DNA of 64,000 bases from Candidatus Helarchaeota archaeon (GTDB lineage: Archaea > Asgardarchaeota > Lokiarchaeia > Helarchaeales > RDOG01). Shown piece after piece: positions 1 through 9,308 of the stretch. Position 1 is the first letter of the stretch. Each line of letters begins with the position of its first letter. Below the pieces are notes generated by a model. The model saw only the letters and a program-made list of their open reading frames with translations, had not been told where the DNA came from and did no database searches. The translations under genes were made by a program, and so were the position numbers. The stretch covers positions 396,451 through 460,450 of the forward strand of contig JAHPZH010000003.1 in NCBI GenBank assembly GCA_019058315.1, in the 5' to 3' direction.

Positions 1-221
1 GATTCAGTATCTAAAAACCAAATTGAGTGGATTTTGATAATTCTCTCTTGATTTTTATCATTTTTCAAATATTCTGGATAAGTATACAAAGTTAAATGAC
101 CTCTAGCCTCATCGAAGAAACAAAGAAATATTTCATAAAGTGATTTATCCCGACTAATAATCGGAGTTCTTGATTCTATATCATTATTTTCAATTGGAGA
201 TTCTTTTCTATTTTGAAACAA
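1..221 (-). CDS. uDENN/longin-domain protein, partial (runs off the left edge)
   Basis: Not in the ORF track. Hand translation from TTG at 221: MFQNRKESPIENNDIESRTPIISRDKSLYEIFLCFFDEARGHLTLYTYPEYLKNDKNQERIIKIHSIWFLDTE. The IFLCFFDExxG.....YPE pattern matches the uDENN/longin N-terminal hairpin. Frame is open to the window edge. Confidence 0.7.
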   Translation of the reverse strand, partial: MFQNRKESPIENNDIESRTPIISRDKSLYEIFLCFFDEARGHLTLYTYPEYLKNDKNQERIIKIHSIWFLDTE

Positions 222-244
222 ACTAAACCATCTAATAAGTAATA

Positions 245-679
245 TTAAGAAAATTCTACTTTAAAATGGCGAGAATATCTTTTAAATCGTTCTAAAAATT
301 TCTTTCTAACTACTCCAATAATTATATCATCTCTGGTGACAGCGACCCGTTTAACTTTCGATTTATTTATCAGATCCCGGAACTCCTCAATTGAGTAAAT
401 TGGCTCTTCTGCTTTCACCGATATAAATGGTTTATACATCACATCTTTAGCTTTGAGTATTCGAGGATCTTTTTCTCTTGCAACCAAGTCCCAAATAATT
501 CCATCAGTTATTATACCCACAACTTTATCGTTTTTATCTCTAACAAAAACAGAATCCGTCCATTTATCACGCATCAATTTTGCAACCTGGGGTATAAGAT
601 CATCTATTGAACAAAAAACAACAGTCGGGGACATTATATCTTCAAAAGTAGCTGATTTTTCAGAAGTTTTAGAGGACAT
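245..679 (-). CDS. Stand-alone CBS-pair (Bateman) protein
   Basis: DIMSPTVV...VVGIITDG and DVMYKPFISV...IIGVV form two CBS motifs. Confidence 0.85.
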   Translation of the reverse strand: MSSKTSEKSATFEDIMSPTVVFCSIDDLIPQVAKLMRDKWTDSVFVRDKNDKVVGIITDGIIWDLVAREKDPRILKAKDVMYKPFISVKAEEPIYSIEEFRDLINKSKVKRVAVTRDDIIIGVVRKKFLERFKRYSRHFKVEFS

Positions 680-817
680 GTTTCTATTTCCTATTAAAAA
701 TCTATTAAACTTTTTATTAAAACTTTTCTAATTATTATAATTCAGTATTTCATTAAATATTAAATAATTAGATTTTATTGATTTTAAATTTAAGCATATA
801 ACAATTATATCTTGAAA

Positions 818-1237
818 TTAACTTCTCAAACGTATGGCGTTCATTTTACACGCATTAGCATCCGAATATTTACCTATTCTTTCGTAGCATTCTGCCAAAT
901 TTTCCCAGATGGATGGTTTATCAGGTTTTATATTTATTGCTTTTCTGAAATAGGAAATTGCTTCATCGAATTTTCCCTCTTGGACATGAATAACTCCTAA
1001 ATTATTTAAAGCAACAAATTGTTGGGGATTTAACTCAAGAGATTTATTAAAACATTCCACCGCTTTATTAAAATTATCTAAATTAAGATAAGCAGTGCCT
1101 AAATTATTCCATACCTCAGAATTATTTTTTTCCTTTAAAATTTCTTCATAATATTTTATAGATTCCTCAAATTCACAGTTTTCCATTGCTTTTTTAGCTT
1201 TTTCTTCCAAAGTTTCGTTTGAGGATGAGGATTCCAT
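818..1237 (-). CDS. Tetratricopeptide repeat protein
   Basis: VWNNLGTAY...AVECFNKSLELNP, ALNNLG...A..YF.KAI.I.P, IWENLA: 3-4 TPRs. Confidence 0.9.
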   Translation of the reverse strand: MESSSSNETLEEKAKKAMENCEFEESIKYYEEILKEKNNSEVWNNLGTAYLNLDNFNKAVECFNKSLELNPQQFVALNNLGVIHVQEGKFDEAISYFRKAINIKPDKPSIWENLAECYERIGKYSDANACKMNAIRLRS

Positions 1238-1309
1238 ACCACCACATTTTATTTTGCTCTTAAAAAATTTTCCAAATTCAGAAGATTTAATTCATTTTTA
1301 TAAAAGAAA

Positions 1310-2269
1310 TTATAAAATTGCTGATACTTCAGCTTCCAAATTCTTTAAATTTAATATCATTATCCCTAAGCTAAACTTTTTTGCATTAACAACGGAGAAA
1401 AAAGCCACTTGGGGAGTAATATCAGCTAGAATTATACAATCATTATCTTTGGAACGCCAAAACCGAATATCAGTCTCGTCTGATGATAAAAATCCAATTT
1501 TTTTCATATGTGAAAAGACTTCCTCTTTTTCTTTTTCTGCTTCGACAAGAGCTTTTAGACAAACATATTCTAATTCTTCAGAAGTGAGATATTTTGATTT
1601 ACTAGCTGATGCAATTTCTAATCCATCATCTTTATTAATTAAAATACATGCGTCAGTTTTAGTTTTTTTATTGAATTGATCACATAGATTTTGCAACCGC
1701 GTTTGTTTACCCTTTAAAACTTTTTCATTTCTTATAATATTATCCAATATTTGACCTAATGTCTTACGTGCTGTATTTTTAGGAATAGAACTTGAATATA
1801 TTTGAATCTTTGCTTTTTCCCAAATAAGTTCATGCCCTTTTTTCAATTTATTTTCGATTTGCTTTAAAGTTAGCTTTTTTATGTCATTTTTTGTAGCAAT
1901 CACATAAATTAAGCAAGAGGGATTATATCGTGTTACAATTTGAAATGCTCTCCAAAATTCTAGAATAGCCAGTTCAAATTCCAAAGAGTTAGAAGAGTCG
2001 AGTATAAATAAAAATATATCAATTCTAGAAAATATCTTCGATGACCAACTTTCAGTATAATATTCCTCAATAAATTGCTTTTGACCACCTAAATCAAAAC
2101 TGACTATTTCCAAAAGATTTCGATATTTATAATTTCTAGTCTCCAGAAATTCTGTGGGTTTTAAGTTCTCGATTTCTTCCCATTCTTTCCCCAAAAATAC
2201 ATGTTGTATTAATGAAGTCTTCCCAGAATTCTTTAATCCCATAATAACTAATTTCATTTTACATCCCAA
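1310..2269 (-). CDS. Rag/Gtr1-like small GTPase with C-terminal roadblock domain
   Basis: G1 GLKNSGKTS, G2 PT, G3 DLGGQ, G4 TKND, G5 SSI; C-terminal ACILINKDDGLEIAS...LGIMILNLKNLEAEV is roadblock-like. Confidence 0.85.
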   Translation of the reverse strand: MGCKMKLVIMGLKNSGKTSLIQHVFLGKEWEEIENLKPTEFLETRNYKYRNLLEIVSFDLGGQKQFIEEYYTESWSSKIFSRIDIFLFILDSSNSLEFELAILEFWRAFQIVTRYNPSCLIYVIATKNDIKKLTLKQIENKLKKGHELIWEKAKIQIYSSSIPKNTARKTLGQILDNIIRNEKVLKGKQTRLQNLCDQFNKKTKTDACILINKDDGLEIASASKSKYLTSEELEYVCLKALVEAEKEKEEVFSHMKKIGFLSSDETDIRFWRSKDNDCIILADITPQVAFFSVVNAKKFSLGIMILNLKNLEAEVSAIL

Positions 2270-2384
2270 TTAGAATGTTTTTTTGTCATTTTAGGGCTAG
2301 ATTTTTTGGTAATGGATTTTATAGTTAATTACAGTAGTAAATTTTTTAATTGTTTTTCCTAATCATCAATTTGAGGTTAAAAAT

Positions 2385-3239
2385 TTGACCTATAAATTCG
2401 ACAAATTCCACGGATCCGATGATTATATTGCGGATGAAATGATACAAAGAATAGTCAACGCTGCGATAGCTTTAGAGCGCCCCTTACTTGTTCGGGGAGA
2501 GCCTGGAACTGGAAAGACCTTGTTAGCACACAGTATAGCTGATGCATTAAATAAAAAGCTCATTATTTGGAATATAAAAAGCACTACAAAAGCATCTGAT
2601 GGTCTCTATGTATACGATCAAGTGATGCGGCTTAACGATGCTAGATTTGGTGACCGGGATATTTCTGACATACGTCAATACATTAAATTAGGTAAGCTAG
2701 GAGAAGCCTTCGCCTCTGAAGAGCAAGTCGTATTATTAATTGATGAAATTGATAAAGCAGATATTGAATTCCCTAATGATCTCTTGAATGAATTAGATGA
2801 AATGAGTTTTTATATTAATGAGACAGGTGATGAAATAAAGGCAAAAACTAGACCTATTGTCGTTATCACAAGTAATGCGGAAAAAGAATTACCAGACGCT
2901 TTTTTACGTCGCTGTGTATTTCACTATATTGACTTTCCTGAAAAAAAATTAATGAGAGATATTGTTAAAGTCCACCATCCAAACATACAAGATAAGTTAT
3001 TAGAACAAGTTTTAGATAAATTCTATCACCTAAGGAGTTTGAATTACCTACGTAAAAAACCATCAACCAGTGAACTTATTGATTGGATTGCGATTCTTAT
3101 AAAAGCAGGGATGAGTGAGAAGAAAATTGAAGAAAAAATCCCATTTATCGGATCACTAATTAAGAAAGAACAAGATATGGATGAATATCAGAGAAAGAAA
3201 ACAGTTACTCAACAACCTGGTAGGAGTTATTATTATTAA
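2385..3239 (+). CDS. MoxR/CoxD-family AAA+ ATPase
   Basis: Walker A GEPGTGKT, Walker B LLIDEIDKAD, TSN.EKELPDAFLRRC. Confidence 0.92.
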   Translation: MTYKFDKFHGSDDYIADEMIQRIVNAAIALERPLLVRGEPGTGKTLLAHSIADALNKKLIIWNIKSTTKASDGLYVYDQVMRLNDARFGDRDISDIRQYIKLGKLGEAFASEEQVVLLIDEIDKADIEFPNDLLNELDEMSFYINETGDEIKAKTRPIVVITSNAEKELPDAFLRRCVFHYIDFPEKKLMRDIVKVHHPNIQDKLLEQVLDKFYHLRSLNYLRKKPSTSELIDWIAILIKAGMSEKKIEEKIPFIGSLIKKEQDMDEYQRKKTVTQQPGRSYYY

Positions 3240-4394
3240 ATGTTTCTAGATTTCTTCCTTCTTTTAAGAAAACATAAAGTTCCTGTTACTATTACAGAAT
3301 ATTTAACATTTTTAAAGGCACTTCCCTTGGTGGATTGTGATTTAACCAATTTTTATTATCTAGCGAGGGCTTTCTTAGTTAAAAATGAAGGTTATTTTGA
3401 TATTTATGATCAATGTTTTGCCAATTACTTTAAAGATGTTCCTATGACATTAACCATAGATGAATCTATCCTTGAATGGTTGATGAACCCTAAAAATAGA
3501 AAATATTTAACTGAGGAAGAATTAGCTTTATTAAAATCTCTAGATTTAGAAGAATTAAAAAGATTATTCGAACAAAGGTTAAGGGAACAAAAAGAGCGAC
3601 ATGATGGAGGAGACAAATGGATTGGAACTGGTGGAACATCTCCATTTGGTAGAGAGGGAGTTCATCCTACTGGAATTTCGCTAGGACTTTATCACAACTC
3701 GGGAACAGCAGTTAAATTAGCATTTCAACGTAGATACCAAAATTATCGTCATGATATTGCCTTGAACATTCGCCAGATTCAAATGGCATTAAAAAAATTG
3801 AGACGATTTAAACGTGAAGGACTTGAAGAGGAACTAGACATTGACGAGACAATAGATGAAACTTGCAAGAATTGTGGAGATATAGAATTAATATTCAGAC
3901 CAGAAAGGAAGAATCGTGTGAAGATTTTACTCCTAATGGATGCGGGGGGAAGTATGGACCCTTATGCTAATACTTGCAGTCAACTTTTCTCTGCGGCATA
4001 CAATGTGAAATTTTTTAAAGATTTCAAATATTATTATTTCCACAATTGTGTTTACACTTATTTATATAAAAGTATAGAACAAACTGAAAAATCTAAAATT
4101 GCTACTCAAGATATTATGCGGAAATATGATAAACATTATAAATTGATATTTGTTGGAGATGCTATGATGCATCCAGATGAACTCTTAGCACGCAATGGCA
4201 GCATGTACTATAATGATCCCGATGGAGTTCCAGCAATTTTATGGTTAAAAAGACTAAGAGATCATTTTGAAAAGGCTGTTTGGTTAAATCCTGCTAATTA
4301 TGGAGGTTTTACGAGACAACAAATTGAAAAACTTTTCCCAATGTTTCCACTTACTATTGACGGTTTGGAAGAAGCTATAAGAAAGTTAATCTAA
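3240..4394 (+). CDS. VWA-domain CoxE-like partner of the MoxR ATPase
   Basis: WIGTGGTSPFG, MIDAS DAGGSM, YFHNC, VGDA.M.P, WLNP; starts immediately after the AAA stop codon. Confidence 0.88.
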   Translation: MFLDFFLLLRKHKVPVTITEYLTFLKALPLVDCDLTNFYYLARAFLVKNEGYFDIYDQCFANYFKDVPMTLTIDESILEWLMNPKNRKYLTEEELALLKSLDLEELKRLFEQRLREQKERHDGGDKWIGTGGTSPFGREGVHPTGISLGLYHNSGTAVKLAFQRRYQNYRHDIALNIRQIQMALKKLRRFKREGLEEELDIDETIDETCKNCGDIELIFRPERKNRVKILLLMDAGGSMDPYANTCSQLFSAAYNVKFFKDFKYYYFHNCVYTYLYKSIEQTEKSKIATQDIMRKYDKHYKLIFVGDAMMHPDELLARNGSMYYNDPDGVPAILWLKRLRDHFEKAVWLNPANYGGFTRQQIEKLFPMFPLTIDGLEEAIRKLI

Positions 4395-4433
4395 AAAACC
4401 TAAAGATGTAAAAAAAAATAGTTTAATTATTTT

Positions 4434-4601
4434 TTAATCAAAGTCCCAGATCGTTCTACCTTTAGAAAATTGCATTATGAATTTACAATTTTCACATATC
4501 ATCAATATAACTTTATGTGCAGTGAAACCCCATTTGCTGTCCATTTTTCCTTCTTCTTTTTTAAATTTTGTTCCTTTACAAAGAGGACACTCAAGATCCA
4601 T
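4434..4601 (-). CDS. Small zinc-ribbon protein (55 aa)
   Basis: Not in the ORF track. MDLECPLCKGTKFKKEEGKMDSKWGFTAHKVILMICENCKFIMQFSKGRTIWDFD has CxxC...CxxC; AGGAG RBS upstream. Confidence 0.8.
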   Translation of the reverse strand: MDLECPLCKGTKFKKEEGKMDSKWGFTAHKVILMICENCKFIMQFSKGRTIWDFD

Positions 4602-4687
4602 TTATAAAACTCCTTTTTTTGTTTATTGATATTAAAAAATTAAGATACATTAATAAAAATTATGATTAACGTTTGAATTTTATCATT

Positions 4688-5626
4688 TTACATGATATTC
4701 AAATGTTTTGCTTCACTTTGAGATAATATATCGATTAAGGTATATTCTTTCCATATAGAGGGTCTAAGTCTTGCTAATTCCTTTAATTTATAATCACCCA
4801 GCATTATTTCCCCTAATTTATCTTTAAATTGACTATAGGGAACTTTAACCCTTACGCCTCTTAATTTAGGTACAATGGGGGCAGGTGAAGCAATATCATC
4901 ATATTCAGGCAATTGTCTTTCAATTTCATCTTTAATTGCAAATGGAGATATTAGAAGTGGATCCGCTGCAAGATAACTCCTTCTTTCATCTAAACATAAA
5001 ATTAGTGCTTGTATGATATCGTCTAGCTTATCAATCTGACTTAATAAAGTGAATCTATAGGGTAACCGACCAATTCCAGATATATAATATTTTATTCCAA
5101 GAGAGTCTAATTCTACTTGAGTTAATTTCGGACCTCCTGTTACAACATACGGAATTGATAAGTCAGATATTAATTTTGATTTATAATTAAGTATACAATG
5201 TTTAAAATTTCCTAGAACTATAATAGCTGCATCGTGTTCTTCTATTAATTTAATTTCCTTTGTCGTAATTTGGCAAATTCTCTGTCCTACACCCCTACCT
5301 AACCCAATCATATTATTTTTAGCACCCATTCGTCGAACAAATTCAGCCACATCGCATAAAACATGAGGTAGATGATGTCTAGCTATTGTAGGTGATACAA
5401 CTGCAATCTCTGTGCCGAGCAAAGGTGATTCACGATATGCTGCTTGGAGCTGTAAAATCAAATCTCGAATTAAAGAAGAATCCCTTTCAGGAATAGTAAA
5501 TGTTATAGTGCATTCTTGAGCTAAAATCTTTTTACTAATAGTCCAACCGCCCAAGTCTTCTATTAATTCCATTAATAATTCGTGTTGATATGCGGCTCCT
5601 TCAAAAGTATAGCTTTTTAAATTCAT
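4688..5626 (-). CDS. mmp7: Methanogenesis marker protein 7 (McrC-like MCR activation component)
   Basis: ELIEDLGG, GTEIAVVSPT..RHHLPH..CDVAE, NMIGL.RG.G, IEEHD.A...GNF..CI..K, GRLPYR. Confidence 0.9.
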   Translation of the reverse strand: MNLKSYTFEGAAYQHELLMELIEDLGGWTISKKILAQECTITFTIPERDSSLIRDLILQLQAAYRESPLLGTEIAVVSPTIARHHLPHVLCDVAEFVRRMGAKNNMIGLGRGVGQRICQITTKEIKLIEEHDAAIIVLGNFKHCILNYKSKLISDLSIPYVVTGGPKLTQVELDSLGIKYYISGIGRLPYRFTLLSQIDKLDDIIQALILCLDERRSYLAADPLLISPFAIKDEIERQLPEYDDIASPAPIVPKLRGVRVKVPYSQFKDKLGEIMLGDYKLKELARLRPSIWKEYTLIDILSQSEAKHLNIM

Positions 5627-6435
5627 TTTGTATTTTCCTTTTTCTTTTCCTTCTTCTTCTTTTTTCTTTTCACTTGACCAGAAAGAAATTTAACTGCATC
5701 TACTCTCTGTTTAGTGCTAAATTCTTCGAAATCGTAGGTTTTCCAAGGTGTAAGAATTTTTCTTGTATAACTAGCTCTATCCAACTTTTTATCGAGTGAA
5801 TGTATATATCTTGGGGCTTTTTTTAATGTTTCTAATAATTTAATTGGAATAGGTCGAGGAGGACGTTCTAATATTTTATACACTTTATCTAACCATTCAT
5901 TTTCAATTGGATTTTCTGAAAAAATGAATTTTAATAGCTCAGGAGTAGATAAATTCATTTGAACACGAAATCCTTCCGGAACAATGCGATAAATAAAATC
6001 GGATAATTTATCCATAGTTACTTGTACAGGATCGAAAATTACTGAATTTCTAAGAAGACTTAAATCAATTATTTCGTGGGGAATGACTGATTCCCATCTA
6101 TCAAGTTGATCTACATTTTTTCGTCCTATCTTAGCCCATAAAAATCGGAGTAATTGGGGAGCATATGTTTCATCTCGAATTGTAATATGAATTCCATCTT
6201 CCATCTTTTCAACTTCAGCAATATCATTGATTCTTTTTGGGGCCTCACTACCTTTCCCGAGCTGGATTTGGATGTAAAAAAAAGGAGCTTCATGATCAAT
6301 AATAATTCGAACGTTTTCTATTACAGAAAGCTGAATGTCATTCATATAATACTCAGTAATTACTTGATACGCCATAATTCCATATTCAAAAGGGTCTTTT
6401 TCATCCACCGATTCTACAAAGACTTTAGTAGACAT
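5623..6435 (-). CDS. mmp17: Methanogenesis marker protein 17 with a basic C-terminal extension
   Basis: I.DETYAP.LL..LW...G...V.Q.DR and RIVPEGFRV; lies between mmp15 and mmp7. Confidence 0.82.
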   Translation of the reverse strand: MSTKVFVESVDEKDPFEYGIMAYQVITEYYMNDIQLSVIENVRIIIDHEAPFFYIQIQLGKGSEAPKRINDIAEVEKMEDGIHITIRDETYAPQLLRFLWAKIGRKNVDQLDRWESVIPHEIIDLSLLRNSVIFDPVQVTMDKLSDFIYRIVPEGFRVQMNLSTPELLKFIFSENPIENEWLDKVYKILERPPRPIPIKLLETLKKAPRYIHSLDKKLDRASYTRKILTPWKTYDFEEFSTKQRVDAVKFLSGQVKRKKKKKEKKKENTK

Positions 6436-6444
6436 TTAAACCAC

Positions 6445-7689
6445 TTAAAGTAAACCCGATACTAAAACTGCTGCCCCTACAGCACCACAAAATTGTGAAT
6501 ATGGAGGAACAATTATTTCTCGCCCTAAAACTGCTTTCATTTGTTGAACAAGTCCTTTTAATAAGGATGTGCCACCCACTTCAAGTATTGGTTCCCTCAG
6601 ATCAATTTCTTGTAATTGCTGTTCAAATACTTGTTCAGCAACAGAACGACATGCTGCGGCTGCGACATCAGCTTCAGCTTTACCTTCTGCAAGGGCTGAA
6701 ACTAGGTCCTGCATTCCGAAGATACTACAGTATGAATCCATTGAAACTGTCCCTATTTTTCCTTTAGTTGCAATTTCACCAAATTCTAAAATATCTTTAC
6801 CCAATCTGTGAGCTGCAATTTCAAGGAATCTACCACTAGCACCTGCACATAAGCCACCTACAGTAAAAGCATCAGGTATTCCATTTAATAGAGTAATGAC
6901 TTTGTTATCTAGACCACCAATATCAACAACTGTTGCTTCACCACGTTGTCTATCCGCTAAATAAACTGCACCCTTTGATACAACAGTAAGTTCTTCTTGA
7001 GTTAGTTGTGCTTTTAATTCCTTACCAACTGTAAATCTACCATATCCTGTAACTGCAAGACCTTCAATATCTTTTAAAGTGACTCCAGCAGCCTCTAGAG
7101 CTTTTTCCCTAACTTTGGAGGCAGAACCGACCACATCGTATGTTCTATCCCAATGATATCCAATTATTTCATTATCTTTCATGACTACAGCTTTTGTCGT
7201 AGAAGATCCCGAATCTATCCCTAAAGTTAATCCTTGCTGTTTTTCTCTTGCCAATAATGCTTTTCTTTCTACAACGGTAGTTAATGCTTCCATTCGGATA
7301 AGCAATTCACCTATTTTTGGCATCTCAGTAATTGAATACATAATTACGGGTAAACCCGTTTCTTCAATATATTTACGCAATGCATGACGAACAATCATTC
7401 CTTCTGCGCACCGAAAACAAGAAACAATGAAAACTGAATCAGCTTCAGTATCTCCTCGTGCAATTGATAAAGCTCTTGCTATCATTAATTTGAGATTTGG
7501 ACTTGCAACCTCCAATCCGAATTCATTGACAGCTTCTTTAATATAATCAAGGTCAATTTCTGGTGTAATAAGTTTAGCACCAACTAAATCGGCAGCTTTT
7601 TCCAATTCGTCTTGAACGCCACTCCATTCAGTCCCACAGCTTATCTCTGCAATTTTTATAGGCAAATAAATCACTCTAGGCAAAATCAA
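6445..7689 (-). CDS. mmp15: Methanogenesis marker protein 15 (BadF/BcrAD-type ASKHA ATPase activator); true start probably TTG at 7665
   Basis: [58 protein letters not shown]; GAGTGA RBS precedes TTG at 7665. Confidence 0.92.
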   Translation of the reverse strand: MILPRVIYLPIKIAEISCGTEWSGVQDELEKAADLVGAKLITPEIDLDYIKEAVNEFGLEVASPNLKLMIARALSIARGDTEADSVFIVSCFRCAEGMIVRHALRKYIEETGLPVIMYSITEMPKIGELLIRMEALTTVVERKALLAREKQQGLTLGIDSGSSTTKAVVMKDNEIIGYHWDRTYDVVGSASKVREKALEAAGVTLKDIEGLAVTGYGRFTVGKELKAQLTQEELTVVSKGAVYLADRQRGEATVVDIGGLDNKVITLLNGIPDAFTVGGLCAGASGRFLEIAAHRLGKDILEFGEIATKGKIGTVSMDSYCSIFGMQDLVSALAEGKAEADVAAAACRSVAEQVFEQQLQEIDLREPILEVGGTSLLKGLVQQMKAVLGREIIVPPYSQFCGAVGAAVLVSGLL

Positions 7690-7803
7690 TTAAAAAAAAA
7701 AATTAAATCATTTCAACTTATTATGTAACGGAACGAAAATTTAATTAAATATTTTTAGGTTTCTATCAGACTACTTAGATATGAAAAAGTGTAGAGAAAC
7801 AAA

Positions 7804-9285
7804 ATGAAAGCTTGTTTTATTAATCCAGCACCTCGTTCATATATAGTTGAAAGAGGGCATGAGAAAACGGGAGCATATCCTCCTTTAGGTATTCTTTATA
7901 TTATGGCATACCTTAAAAAGGAGGGCTATGATTGTAAATTAATTGATCAGCACGCAACTAAAATCCCAACTGCTCGTGTTCTTGATCAAGTCAAGAAATA
8001 TGACCCCCAAGTAGTCGGTTTTAACAGTTTGACAGATATTAATATGGGACTACGAGCTTCATTTATCGCTAAAAAAATAAAGAATTGGAATCCAAATGTT
8101 AAGATTGTATTTGGAAATTGCCATGCGACCTTTAACCATGATAGAATATTAAAGAAATATTCATTCGTCGATATTTGTGTCAGGGGAGAGGGAGAATTAA
8201 CATTTTATGAATTAATTAGGGCTTTAGAAAAAAATAAAGACCTAAAAGATGTTCTTGGAATCACTTATCGAGATAATGGGAATATTCACATCAATCCAGA
8301 TCGACCTTTGATTAAGGACCTTGATTCCTTACCATTTCCTGATAGAAGAGCATGTGCGGATATAAAATATTCCCAGAATTATGGAGGTTTTAATGCTGAT
8401 TATGGTCGGTTTACAACAATTCAATCAAGTCGTGGTTGCACGTATAATTGTACTTTCTGTTGTCAAAGTAAAATATCTCAACGCAAATGGAGAACTAGAT
8501 CGATTTCACATGTTATTAAGGAATTGGAACAATTAAAAAGTGAGGGGTACACTAATCTATATTGGGTTGACGATAATTTTACAAATAATCCGCGAAGAGC
8601 AATAAAATTGTTTCGTGAAATGCAGAAACGTAGATTTAATTTTATTTGGGTCTGTGATCAAAGAGTAGACCTAGTTAGTAACCCATTGATTCATGAAATG
8701 AGAAAGGCAGGATGTCGCACTATGGCATTAGGCATTGAAAGTGCAAATCAAAGAATATTGGATTATTTAAATAAGGGAATTACCCCAAAGATCGCAATGG
8801 AGGCTTGTAGGAAAGTAAAAAGAATGGGGATAGACTTTATTATGGGATCATTTGTAATTGGTTTTCCTACTGAAACACTTGATGAGATTAAAAAAACCCT
8901 TTTCTTCGCACAAAAATTAGACATTGATATTCCACAATTTCATATTTTTGGAGCCATTCCTGGGACTTCAATTTGGGATAAATTAGTTCAGAATGGAAAA
9001 ATTGATCCCAATAAATATTGGGAGAACGGTGTTAAAACTTTAGTCCCTCCCTTAGAAATAGTTGAAAAAGAAATGCGGAGAGCGTATTTTAATTTTATTA
9101 AACGCCCAAAATATATTTTCGATCAATTTTTACGCACTATAGGAAGTCTACATAGAATAAAAATAATTTTTTCTAATAGAAAAGTTCTCGCAAGCTATAA
9201 AGATTCCAGAAGGTTTTTTGAATTTGCAACTGAAACTTGGACTCATGGAGTTTCTCCAAGTTCTACACAGAATTTAGAAAAATAA
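7804..9285 (+). CDS. Cobalamin-binding radical SAM protein (class B)
   Basis: PPLG..Y, G.H.T, RGEGE, SRGC...CTFC (CxxxCxxC), DDNF, GIES. Confidence 0.92.
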   Translation: MKACFINPAPRSYIVERGHEKTGAYPPLGILYIMAYLKKEGYDCKLIDQHATKIPTARVLDQVKKYDPQVVGFNSLTDINMGLRASFIAKKIKNWNPNVKIVFGNCHATFNHDRILKKYSFVDICVRGEGELTFYELIRALEKNKDLKDVLGITYRDNGNIHINPDRPLIKDLDSLPFPDRRACADIKYSQNYGGFNADYGRFTTIQSSRGCTYNCTFCCQSKISQRKWRTRSISHVIKELEQLKSEGYTNLYWVDDNFTNNPRRAIKLFREMQKRRFNFIWVCDQRVDLVSNPLIHEMRKAGCRTMALGIESANQRILDYLNKGITPKIAMEACRKVKRMGIDFIMGSFVIGFPTETLDEIKKTLFFAQKLDIDIPQFHIFGAIPGTSIWDKLVQNGKIDPNKYWENGVKTLVPPLEIVEKEMRRAYFNFIKRPKYIFDQFLRTIGSLHRIKIIFSNRKVLASYKDSRRFFEFATETWTHGVSPSSTQNLEK

Positions 9286-9308
9286 AACATTTTTAAAATT
9301 TTACTATT

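Noticed and set aside
2385-4394. MoxR-VWA pair as a chaperone for the Mmp/MCR activation complex
   Set aside because: Convergent orientation and a very widespread gene pair; nothing beyond proximity links them
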